A DNA stretch of 64,000 nucleotides, from positions 930,001 through 994,000 of the forward strand of contig JAYWIR010000014.1 of NCBI GenBank assembly GCA_036172245.1, in the 5' to 3' direction. This document shows, in pieces, positions 52,501 through 64,000 of the stretch. The first letter of the stretch is position 1, and each line of letters begins with the position of its first letter. The notes below the pieces were generated by a model, which was given only the letters and a program-made list of their open reading frames with translations, searched no databases and was not told the DNA's origin. Origin of the DNA: Raillietiella orientalis (lineage: Eukaryota). Made by a program: the position numbers and the translations under genes.

Positions 52501-55500
52501 CGCGGAATCCCCTAGAGACGAGTTTTCAGGGAGCCCCGAAACTCCAGCTGCCGCCCCTTCGAGATTGGAACGCCCAGGGAGTCTCACTGTTAAGGATGCC
52601 GGAATGGAACGGAGGCTGCGGAGACGAGTCGTGTTGTGGTGTTGATTCAGCGGGTGATTTTTGAGGGCACATTCTCTCGAGAAACCGGGTCGGGTCATGG
52701 CGCTGACCATCCGGGAGCAGATGGGGTGACACCGAAAGATCCCCAAGTGACCAAACCCGTTGTGAGCCGCCACGGTGATGGGCAGAAGCCTATTCCTCCT
52801 CCGTCTCTACTGTTTCTCCCCGCGGACAGCATGTGAGATGCCCCCCTCCCTCGTGTCTGGATCGGTCAGTTCTTCCACTGCGACGGGCAGCACCACCACT
52901 CGGCGAGTCGCCGCTGCTGCGTCGGAGATTTCCCACGCAGCAGCGGCACTCATCTGGACTGAAGGAGAAGTCGCTCACGGCCACAGGGGACTCTGGAAAC
53001 GATCCTGCACTTTCTCTGTGGGTACCAGTCTCTCGAGGAAGCGTGGTACCCTTCGATGTCCGGTCGACACACCGGCGGCCCTGCGCAGAGCCAAATGCAC
53101 TCCCGCCGACCGGTTCCCTGGCGCTCCTGTGCTGCGTTCGAGCAGCGGTGGCCACGGGATTCAGATGCTTTCTTTAGGAGGAGCAACTGCTCGTTTGCCT
53201 TCCCACTTTGAAGGAAATGGCGCCAGAGCCTTGATCGCCGCCACCTCCTGCGCGCGCGTGCCCGGAGCCTCCTCGAAAAGCTGCCCATCTTGGGCGAATG
53301 GAGCTTTCGAAGGCGACAGTTCCAGAGCGCCGTCCTGCCGGAGGTGAGGGGTGCGCCAATTTCGGCGCACCAAGAGCGATGGCGCGCTGAAGCTCAAGAG
53401 GTTTCCCCTGCGTCCTCTTGCGCAGCAGGCAGAGACAGCTCTCGGGAACGACTTATCGGGTCAAGTCGACCAGGGGAAAGTCGACCAGGTCGTGCCCTCG
53501 GGCGAAACACCCTCCCCGCTCACACGTCGCTACGATACGTGGAGATATTCGCTCTTCTTTTGAGAGGCATCCCAGACGCCGAGCTGCTGGAGCACCCCGG
53601 AAGCTTAGGGCGCGGTCCTCGAGGAGAGTGCGGCCGGCTCGCGGGCACGGGGGTCCATGGAAGCTCCTCCGCCCTTCAGCGACAGGTGGCAGATATCGGG
53701 CTGAAGCGGTGAGGAGGGAGATGAGGAGTGACCTTCTTCCATCCTTCCTCTCCTTCCTCACAGCGCAGACGCTATCGGAGCACGGGAGGAGCTCAGCTTC
53801 CCAGTCCGCTGGCAGTCGCGACCCGGAAGCCAAACCCCGCCGGTCAAAGTCTCTTCCTGGGGCCGAGCGAGGCGGCGCATCGGTGGGTTCCGCCACACAC
53901 GGCAGGCGTGGGAGATGGGGACGAGAGAAAGACCCTCCAGGGACCACGCCGGCACATTCTCTACTTCTTCCTGCCATCTTTCAATCCCGAGAGTGTGCTG
54001 GGCGGGTTGGGGACGCTCCATTGAGGAGGACAGGAGAGGCGGTCTTGGAGGGGAAGAAGGAGGAGTGTTCTCTCTACGAGCGGCTACTCTACGCAATTGC
54101 GAGAGAAGATGGAGAAAGGAAGGGGGGGAGGCTATTTATAGATTACGGGCGCGCTCTCAATTCTAGCTCTCAATTCTATTAGCGTTCCGCGTGCGCGCAG
54201 AGGTCGTCGACTCGCGCGCCGGCCGCTTCTGGCAGGGACGGTTCACGTCTCCCCGCGACAGCAGGGAAAATGCGGGGTTGAAACAGCCGGCTGCTCCTCC
54301 CACAACGGTCCGCATGTTGCAAGAAGGCGACGGCGCCCTTAAGGCGACCGGTGGACCTTATCCGGGTGCGTTTGCTGCTGCGGCCTGGAAGGGCGGGAAA
54401 AGAAGTGAATTTAGCCACAGCACTGTTTGGTGCTGAGGAAGGGGCCTCTTTTGTCCCTCGCCTCAGCCTCCACCAGGAAGGATTCCCTCCTCCCCTTTCT
54501 CCCTCCTCTCCCCAAATACACGGTGGGACGAGCGACAGAAAGGGCTCCTTGTCCTACAGTGCGCCCCTAAGGGCTACCGGGAGCAGCTCGGTCTCCCCTA
54601 AAGCACGCGCGAACCCCTGCACGCCACCGGTTGCCCTCTGCCTGCGGCTCGCACACTCCAGAGGTCTCTCTCAACTTCCCCGGGGAAGGTGGGAAGAAGA
54701 GCTCAGCGGCGGGCAGCGCGTGGTGGAAGGGAAAGGGCGGACGAATCGACAGCCCTAATGACCGTAGCTTGGACCTGCTCTTGGCAATGAAGAAGGCAAA
54801 GGACACTCCCGAGGAATCGGAAGGGGCAACAGTGAATGGGGATTTCTCAGTGGACGAGGCAGAGCTCGGGGCGGATCCGTTGGCCGCAGGTGGCTGTCGT
54901 GGAGAGTGGGGAGCGGTAGATCCAAGGCGCACAGACAAGGGGGTAGGGACGCGTTGTGCAGCTGGACAAAGGGGAGCGCGCGCGCACGAGGAACGCGAGT
55001 CTTCCCTGATACCCCCCACACTCCACCTGGAAACTCCTTCGGAAGGGGAGGGAACCTCCACTAGAGGGCTTTCCTCCCGAGGACCTGCTCTTCGCCGCAG
55101 AACGGACCGTTTCCGCCATGCCTCGAGTCGCTTGCTTTCCTGGTGGTGCATGGAGGATGGAAAGCTCCAGGTGGAAATTGGAGGGGAATCCTGGAAGTCG
55201 TTCAAAAGGTTTCTGAGGAAGCTGCCAAACGATTTCTCGAGAAGACCTCGAGGACTCATTCGTGGTGATCGGCGGCACCGGAAGAGACTCCTCCGGAGGT
55301 TGCAGCAGGAAAAGCTTTGCAGCTGAAGACTAGCTCCTGGCTAGTTGGTCTTTTCTTGCATCCCTTCACGCGCCTCCCATGGTCGTCTGGCGGGAAGGTA
55401 AGTCAGCTGCCTCCCGCGGGCAGGAGAGGGACAGGTTCTCAGGTCGAAGGTCAGCCTTGTGCGTGTCGGAGGTGAGCTCAGTTCCCCTGCTCGTTGTCGA

Positions 55501-58500
55501 GAGGCAGCCTCCACCTTACCATCACGAGGAGACCCTGAAAGCTGGAGAGTGGACCATACCCAACTCACCCTTGCGGACGCCTCTTCCGCTGCCGCTGGGC
55601 GGCCGTGGGCCTCCTCTTCGAACGACTAACTGGCGCGAAGCCACCGACTAGACCATTGCTGTAAACGTTTTCCTTTAGGAAAGGGCAGCAGCCCTCTGTG
55701 GGGTAGAAGGGAGCCCCAGCAAGGGAAGGGCTCGGAATCCGTCCCCTCCCCACGATCCTCCTGCCGGAGTCTTTCGGATCGGGAAGCGCGCACCATCCTC
55801 GGGAGCATGCGCTCAGCGAAGAAGGGCAGGCGCGGTGGAGCGGGAAGCTTCCGTTGCCGCCTCCGAGACCGTCGGTCACTTCCGCTGGCCGACCGTAGAG
55901 GCGTCCAGCCGAATCCGCGGAGACGGAATCGGAGTCGATGAGGAAGGATGGGATCGGCGCTGCTGGGGGGGAGGGGCTACTGCCCAAGACGCCTGTCTTG
56001 TCGCTTGAAAAGCGTCGTGGGTCTCGCCGCAGAGGGGGGCCGCTGCGGTGACGGGAGGAGGGCGCATTAGGGGTACCTAGAGCAGACCACAGCGCCGCAA
56101 CTTCTCCCATTCTCCTCCCTCCTCCCCACTTCCAAGAAAGCGGCGCCTCCGGCTCCTTCTTCCCTGCGTCTTTCCGCTTCCAGGAAAAGGAAGCTGCGGG
56201 ACGTGTCTCGGGGATGTCCCCTGCCTCGCTGTTCGCTCCGGATAGCCGCGGTGGTGTCCGCCGCCTGCAGAGCGCTTCATGCATAGGCGCCAGAGGAAGA
56301 AAAGCGAGGCTCTCCTGCCCACAGCGGTCGCGAGCCCTAAGGACGCCTCCGAGGCCCCTTGAGAGTCCTGGACGGGGTGGCACCGTCCAGATGCTGGCCA
56401 CAGAAGAAGAGAATTCCATTACGTGCTTTTCGGGATCTGGAGGAGTGGGAGAAGGAAGGGCCGGGTGGGCGGCGCCCTCCCGGTGAGCGCGAGGAGAACG
56501 GAGGACGTCCGGGAAACCCCGCGCGGGAGAGAGGGTGAGGAAGGTTCCCAGCTCCTGGACAGGGACAGGGAACCAAGGCTGCCCTCCGGGGCGCTCCTGA
56601 GCTCGAGGAAGAGGGGAGGGAGGGAGGAGGAGTCTGTCAAGAGCGAGAGGGGGGTCTGGTCGGGATCCGATGGTCGGGAGCGGCGCCTCGTTTACCTCCC
56701 TTCCGGTTCAGCGCGGCCCCCTTCCTACCAGGACTCTGTGCCCTCCCTTGGCACCCACCGCCGCCTCTGGCCGGGTGCCAGGGTGCGCGCGCGCGCACTG
56801 CACCCCAGGAACGTTCCGCTTCCTTACTTGGGTGGATCCAAATTTAGCACGCGCGCCGGAGCCTCGCGATCCCCATGGAGACGGCGTCGGAGCGGTAGAG
56901 GCACTAGGCGTGCGGACGGGAGCCCGGATGAGACCCGGCATCGTTCCCGGAGCGTTGGGGCCTGCCGCCCCGTGGAGGATGAGCGCAGCGGCCACAGCAG
57001 GTGAGTGAACGCCACCGCCTGCGGCGCGGGAAGTCCTCCCCCGAGCCGACCATCCACCCGCATTCTCATGGGAGGGAAAACTTATCTTTTCCCGGATTTA
57101 GGGGAGGGGGGGTAACCCTCTCCGGAGAGTCCTCTCCCCCGCCGAGGCGCGCGCGTGGCACGCGGAAGCACCAGGATAACGCGCGGGAACGGACTCAGGC
57201 TGGAATGCTAAACCATCCGTCCTCCCTCAATCCCTCACAGCACGGGGAGTGCTCAGGCGAACCACGATATTGCCATTGCTTCCCCTCCTCCCTCCAGTCA
57301 TTGGCGCGTCCCATGCGTCCCTCAAAGGAGCCGTCCATCACCGCGAGCGCAAGCGTCCATCCTTTCCCATCCGGGAAAGAGGAGAACGGGATCAAGGTCT
57401 CTGTGGGAGGGCCGTACAGGGAAGGAGAACCGCGCCCCGCGCATGAGGCTCAAAGCAGCTCCATCTTCCGTCTCTTTCCAGATGCGCCGCCCGCGCCGGG
57501 GGGTCGGCAGTTCCCAGTCTCCCGGCACGACCGGGCGGCCGACGCCCTGGTCCTGGGATCGAAGGACACGAAGGACCCGGAGGAGGAAGCGGAGGAGAGG
57601 TAAACGCGGACAATGGGGGAGGGGGAGCGGAAGAGGAAGAGAAGAAGGTAAGAGGATTCCTCACAGCGCTCGCTCGGTCCAGTGGCCACCGCCTCCGCCA
57701 CGAACAGAGATCCCTCCAGGAGTTCAGGCGGAGGGAGAAGGGATTCGTCCCTCCCCTCCCTTCCCCTTCCGGACGCTTCTCTATGCAAGGCAACTCACTT
57801 CCGGGATGCACCCGTAAATGCCTGTGGGCGTGACCCCGGCGTCTGCAGCAGATGCTGCAGTCTCCCTCCTCTTTTCCCTCGGGGATGGATGGGATCCCAG
57901 GAATTCTGCAGGGAGGATCGACCTCACTCACGATCGTGCCTGCGTTAGGTGGCCCAAGGCTGGGAGGAGGAAGGGAGAGAGGAAGTGCGAAGGCAGCTCC
58001 ATAAGCCCAAGAGAAGAGGGAAAGAGGGACTAAGGGCAGCGCCTTCAGAAGGGGAGCGGGAGTCATTTAGGAGAGGTTTCCGGATCGCGGGGCTTGAATG
58101 GGCTGCCCCCTGCGTCCCGTAGCCCAAAACCGGTAGAGAACGAGACCTCCGGACCGTGGCGGCGCAGGTGCTGCCTCTTGCGGCCGGCAGGCACACCCGA
58201 TGGGTCGGAGCAGCAGCAGCCTTTTTCCTCGACTGAGACTCCCCAAACGTCCCCTCCGCCAGCGCTGCCCAGAGGGACCCGATTCCTGGTGCACTCATAT
58301 CATCCTATGGACGTCTGGGGCGACCTCCGACAGTGACGCGCGTCCGCAGTCCGCTCCTCTGCGCACTTTATCCGCCCCCGTCCACTCACACCTCTGTGGC
58401 CCGTCTAGAGGGGTCGAGCCCTGTAACCCCTTTAGCTTCCGGTTCTCGCCCCCGGTTTTCCAGAAGTGGGAATAGCGCGACCGGGAGTACGGAGGAGATG

Positions 58501-61500
58501 CAGGGACGGTCCCGCGGACCAGGCGAGCGAGGAGGAGGCCGAGATGTGCGCGAACAGGAATCTCGGAGCGAGGGCCCCGCCAGGAAGGCTCGGCAGGTTG
58601 CGGTCAGAAACTGCGAGTGCCTGCCGGGGGGTCTGCGCGCTCCTCCGGAACGCGGAGGGAGGGCGCCACTTAGGAACACAGGCGGACGGTCAGCAGCACC
58701 ACCAGGGAGGCTGGACGTCTTCGTCCGACGAGGCAGAACTGGAGGAGGGTTTGACGCCAGTGACGCCAGACTCGGATGGGGAGGATGTTGAGGGACCACG
58801 AGCTCTCGCGCGCTCGCCGGCGACCCCGTAGGAATCAGGAGCCTCTACCCTCCCGCCCGACAGGAAGGGGGAAGTGGGGGAGGAGCAGCCAGTCCTCTGC
58901 GGAGGGAGGGAGGCCAGTTGCAGGGGGAACAGTGGGTCACAGGTGCTTCCGTGCTCTCTCCGTGGCTGCTGCCGGCGGGGACTTGCCGGAGGGCGTGGAC
59001 TCCTACGACGAACTGGCCCAAGAAAAAACCTTAGGGTCGGGGCAAGTTCAGGCTGTCGAGAGCCGATCCTCGACCTCGCCCCGAGGATCCCCGCGGCGCG
59101 TCTGAGGGCAGAGGAGGCGGAGAGCGTCCGCTCATCCCCTCACGGTTGCTGCGCTGTCGATGGGATGTCCCCCCCTTCCCTCACTCGTCCTCCTTACGAG
59201 ACCAAGCGAAGTAGAAGAGTAAGAGCCGGATGAGGGGCCGTGCCCACCTGGAGAGTGCCGAGAAGGGAAGAGGCGCGTTTTTCGCTCCCGGAATGCCTGC
59301 GCCGGAGGGAGCACCCTTTACCCTGAAGGAACAGCTGCAGCTGGAGGACGCACTCGCGTCCCACTCAGCTGGCTATCGGGTGAACCCCTTGGAAACGTGG
59401 AGAAGTAGGATTTTCCACTGGGTTTTCCGCTCCGCCCCATGCTGCTGGAAGATGTCTGCACCTCTCCTCCCAGGAGGCACTGAGAGACGCGAAGCCAAGG
59501 GAGCGCAAGGTCAGTGACCTTGTGGTCTGTGACCTTGCGCTCCCTCAGTTTCACATCCTTTGCCCTGAGGATGCTGGGCAGGGACTTCCCTCCCACAGCT
59601 CATCCCATGCGTGGCCCTCCTCGCTGCGGGAGCGCGCGGCGGATGCGCCATATCAAGGTCCGGACTGCTGCGGTTCGCCCATTTCTTCCGCCCCCCCACG
59701 CACAGCCTCAAAGCAGCTCGGATCGACTGGCGGCCTCCGATAGACGCTCTCCTCTCGTCTCCAGGGATACTCCCCCTCCGACCTTGTGGGTGAGGGGGCC
59801 GTACGAGATCTTCCAGGTGTTCACTGCCGGCACTAGTCCGGAAAGCTTTTTTTTTGGCTTCCACTTTCCCTTCTCCCTCTCGTTCAGCTGCGGTCCATTC
59901 CATTGCTTGCGAGGTTGACCCCAGGAGATCCTGACTCCTTCAAGATCGCTACCTCCCTTCTCGACGCCCCAGAGACTGGACGGTCCTCCCTAGAGACTTA
60001 TAGGAAGCCTCCATTGCGCCTACAGATTTCCCCCGTGATCCCTTGGGTTCAATGGCGGAAATCCTTTTGAGTTCTTCCGTTTTCTCTGCCTTCTTTCCAG
60101 TTTTTATTTTTTTTCGGGTCTTCTTTTTTTTTGGTTCGCCTAGTACTCGAGAACCGTTCTCCTCTTTAGGGAAGGCTCACGAAACTCTTGGATGCTGCCC
60201 ATGCCACCAGGGGGTGCACTTTAACTCTTCAATTTATAGGGGGTGCCCCGAGAGGGGGCCACGCTATGAATCCCGGAAGACCCCGGAGGAAGGAGTCCCT
60301 TCCTCTCTTACGTTTGGGAGGGAGCCCCGAAGACAAGGAAGCCTGGTTATCTCAGAAAGAAACCTCTTCCTTATTCTCTCCGGAGGGACCCCCAGAGGAG
60401 ACCGCTCCATTATTTCTCCTCCCAAGGGAACTCCGAAAGGATCCGCTCCTGAAATTTCTTCTCCAGAGGGCACTCCCACAAGGGAATTGCTCCTGGTTTC
60501 CTCCTGGTTTCCAGAGGGACTTTTCCAAAATTTTCTGTGAAAGGTTCTCCCTGAGGGGAGCGGCACGCTTCTTGAGCTCTGGAGAGATATCAATCCACCA
60601 GCAGCTCCGTGGTACGAGGTGGAGCCTTACCTACCCCCTTCCCTCCCGGGAAGGTGGTGGGTAAGGCTGCATTTTCACAACTGCAGGGAAACCCTGATGC
60701 TCCTTGATCGTGGGAGAACCCCGGAAGGTCAACTTGCAATCGTAGCCAGTCATGAGGTTTCCGGGTTCCAGGAGTGCCGTCGCACCCGAAGCGTATGGTC
60801 CAGGCAGCGTCATCTTGCGGAGGAACTCGAAACTCACGACGCACCCGTTTCTTTGGCTCGCTCCTTCCCGGGTATTCGAGCCCGTAACACTTGGTGCTAG
60901 GCGCGGAGGCCCTAGCCACACGACCGTCAACGCGGGTACCTCCCCCCTCCCCGTGGGACCCAGTTTCCGGGCTCGGAATTCCGCGGCCATGTCACTCCGG
61001 GATTCGTCTTCCGGGAGCAATCGCTCAGCCCTGGGCTAACGGACATCGCTCCGTCTCCCGGAGGAGGGCGCCTTTCTCATTCAGAGAAGAGAAAGAAGAA
61101 GGAAGATTCCTCCTTGTTCTCCTCCTGGCCCATATCGCGTTCCCCGTCCTGGGAACCGGGGCTCGCGTACAGCAGGGCACCCCTAGCTGCTCGCGCCGGC
61201 GGCAACCCGGCTGACCCGAGGTGTCGTGGCAACAAACATCCGAAGCAGCTCTTCATGGCCTGCTTTTGCTTACTCTCGATGCCTTCGTCGTAACCACTCC
61301 GTGGAAATGGCGGTCTGCAGGGAGAGGACCGCGGTCGGCGGGTGAATCCGTACTCCTCCCTCCCACGAGATGCCTCTTTGCTTGGAGGCGGAACCTCGAA
61401 GGATATTTTTGCGCCGAGTTCGCTCACTGGAAAAGAATGGGACAGTAGATGCCTGAAGCATCGCGGGAACGTGCGGAGATGGGAGGAGACAGAACCGTGG

Positions 61501-64000
61501 ACGTTTTGATTTCAAGAGAGGGCGACACGGGAAGGGGGGAAACGGGATGACGTGGGGAACCTTTGGGTGCTCCGGTTTGTTGCCTTCACTGCCCTTCCGT
61601 TGGCTCGAGGGGCTCATCGCATGCGGCAGCGGTCCGGCGGGCTTTTTCGGCTTTCCCTTCTCCCTCTCCTTCAACCGTGGTCCATTCCGTCCCGCATCCT
61701 TGCGCGGCTGACCTTGGGAAATCCTCACTTCCTTTTGTTCCCTCTTCTGGTTTTTGGTGCTTTTCCTCTCCTCTCCTCCTCTTCCTCCTTTTGTTTCATT
61801 ATTGTTACTACTACTCTCCCTCCCTTTTCTTTATTTCCATTCCTGTTTCCGTAGCTGTTGTTCTTCCCTCTGCCCTCTTCATTTTGTTCTTGTTCTTCTG
61901 CTTCTTCTTGCTCGTGCTTGTCATCCCCCGCGCAGCCACCGGGGAAGCGCTGAGCGCGCTCCCCGCAACCGTGCTCCCGAGCTCTCAAGACAAGTCGACG
62001 GGAAGTGGCCCGCAGTTCACCTCCTTGCTGTGGGGAGGCCGACTCCGGTCTCCTGAAGGAGGTTCGGGTGTGCTTCCTCTCTTCCCTCTTCGCGCCATCT
62101 TTGGATTGAGAAGCTCGCAGCAAGAAGGGTTCGCGTCGAAGCACCGAGTCTCGAGACGAGCGCTGAGTTCATCCTGGAGCTGCGTGACATTGAAAGCGCG
62201 AAACTACCTTGGGGGAGCCTGGACTCATTTCTTGAACTCAAAGGTCGGGGATGGAACGCTGGGTTCCTTTCCGGGGAAAGTTGAGGCCCACAGGAGTCCC
62301 GAACCCGAGACAGCACGCGCGGTTTCCTCCTGGTGTGAGCGGCGCAGGCGTAGCGAGCGGGAGCAGCCTCGTAGTAGGACGCGTATGCACGGGTTCCTTT
62401 GTCGGAGAAGGAAGTAGGATGCCAATGGTGCGCATCTTATGTGGTCCGGCAGTTTCATTCTTCCCTGTATTGCCTGGATCGGATTCATTTGAAAAGCAAG
62501 AGGAGACACCTGAAAAGCGTGGCAGCCGCTCCAGCGTCTCTGCTCCCGACCGTGCGAGCAGAGGTGCAGATGCGGCTACGAAGATCCGCGTCTTTGTCCG
62601 TCAATGCGTTTCGCCTCCTCCCGTTCCTCGAGGTGCCGCGGACGCGAACACTCCCCCCTTCTCCCCCCCTTCCACCGGTGAAGCTGGAATGTTTCCCTAC
62701 GTTTTTTTGAGACCCCCAGAGACTCCCAACACTATGTAAAACTCGCGCCGCTTCCCTGTGCCTGATTTTGGGAAGGTCTCCACAAGGGACTGGGGAGTAG
62801 GGAACGCCTTCTGGAAAGACTACCATCCAGAGAGTCGAGATCCACTCGGAGCTTGTCGGGAAGTCCGAAGGCGCGTTCCTCTCGGCACATTCCGATCCGG
62901 ACTGCAGGGGGCTCCTGAAACACGTCCCGTTAGCTCCTGCCGCCGGATTCCAAGGCGACGTAGGCGATGCGAAGAAACGGGTCAGCCGATTCCTCGTCAG
63001 CCTGCAGGGTGCTCCGAGTGTTTCCTCGGAAAAGACGAGGACGCATAGGAATCCGTCGCTTCCATTCCGGCAGAGTTGGTCAGCAGCATCCTTCCTTCTG
63101 TCTGGGAGGAGGACCGTGCCGAAGCAAAAGATGCTCGCGATCCGTTGCTCTGCGGCTGCGGGACCATTCCGGTTTCTCACCCCAGAGAATGGGATGGCCT
63201 TCCTGCACACCCTTTTCCCGCTGCCGCGGAGAAGAGGAGAGTGACGGACGTCACCATGCAGGCGATGGAGCGGGAAGAGGGAGGGACTTCCTTGCCAAGG
63301 GAAAAGAGCGACGAAAAACCGGGACCCCACTCACCCTCTTCTGGGACCTCCTGGGATGCGGCGGAGGTTCCTGGATCGGTCTGCTTATTCCCTGAAGAAC
63401 GAACGCGTCTCCAGCAGTATTTCCCACACCATGCGCGTCGAATAGCCGCTCCTACTGCTGTTTCCTGACGCTTCTTTGCTTGTAGGCGCTCGCACAGCTC
63501 GCGAGAGCCTCGTGTTGATATGCCCCCTCGTTCCGGAGAGAGGCTTCCGCCTCCGCTGCACCTTGACCCCGTCGCTCACATACGTGCTACAGAGAGGTCT
63601 TTTCAGATACCATCCCTTGGATACGGTTGTGGAGAACTCTCCATCGAGTGAATCCGTGGCCACTCCTTCGGCCTTGGCTGCAGAAAAACCGTGTCAGAAA
63701 CCGAGCGTGCCTGAGGCGACCCTCGAGGTTTCAAGTTTCGCGGGAGCTGACGACGAGCGGGAAGCGATGGCAGCCAGGATGAAGACGAGCATCCCCATCA
63801 CTGTCGTGTCCGAAAGCGACCTCCCTTACATGGGGCAGATAACGCTGGAACGCCGGTCCAGAAGGGGCAGGAAGCCGAAGAAGACGGACATTTGCCACCT
63901 TGTCTCGAAGAACTACGGAATAGAGGTGGAGCGTCTGAGAATCCCTTTGGACTGCTCGGGAGTAAACCCTCCCAAAACGAGTCACGTGCTGATATCGCAT
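49540..64000. other. Compositionally foreign island of decayed coding-like DNA (probable mobile element(s) or endogenous viral sequence), unidentified
   Basis: Abrupt change from AT-rich host DNA at about 49540 to intermediate GC, then to strongly GC- and CpG-rich DNA from about 52300 to the window end. Many short overlapping ORFs, no host-style exon/intron pattern and no domain I can recognise. Confidence 0.55.
60110..60925 (+). repeat. GC-rich dispersed repeat, diverged paralogue of 1710-2520
   Basis: Same collinear blocks, same orientation, as the copy at 1.7-2.5 kb. Confidence 0.85.

Noticed and set aside
52300..64000. The many 100-280 aa overlapping ORFs as real genes
   Set aside because: Expected by chance in high-GC DNA; they are open on both strands, rich in Arg/Pro/Gly/Ser and lack recognisable motifs.

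Overview
Eukaryotic (invertebrate animal-like) genomic DNA with an AT-rich host background and very short introns, most of them 40-57 nt. I reconstructed four spliced protein genes by hand. (1) A soluble adenylyl cyclase (ADCY10/sAC-like), minus strand, 15 exons from 20290 to 3432, 3' end not found in the window. (2) Coatomer beta (COPB1), plus strand, 10 exons, 30233-36373. (3) A two-exon divergent insulin-superfamily peptide, minus strand, 38266-38675, whose A-chain exon is missed by the ORF track. (4) A 7-exon RhoGAP, minus strand, 43495-45166. Between sAC and COPB1 lies a nest of GC-rich L1/Tx1-type non-LTR retrotransposon 3' ends, in which two plus-strand copies appear to have inserted at the same 13-bp site inside the 3' UTR of a minus-strand relative. 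The last ~14.5 kb is a compositionally foreign, increasingly GC-rich island of decayed coding-like sequence that I cannot identify; part of it has a diverged paralogue at 1.7-2.5 kb. Also present are an 84-bp perfect palindrome, microsatellites and gene-restricted CpG depletion. Homology calls rest on motif recognition from memory, not on database searches, and GC/CpG statements are by eye.
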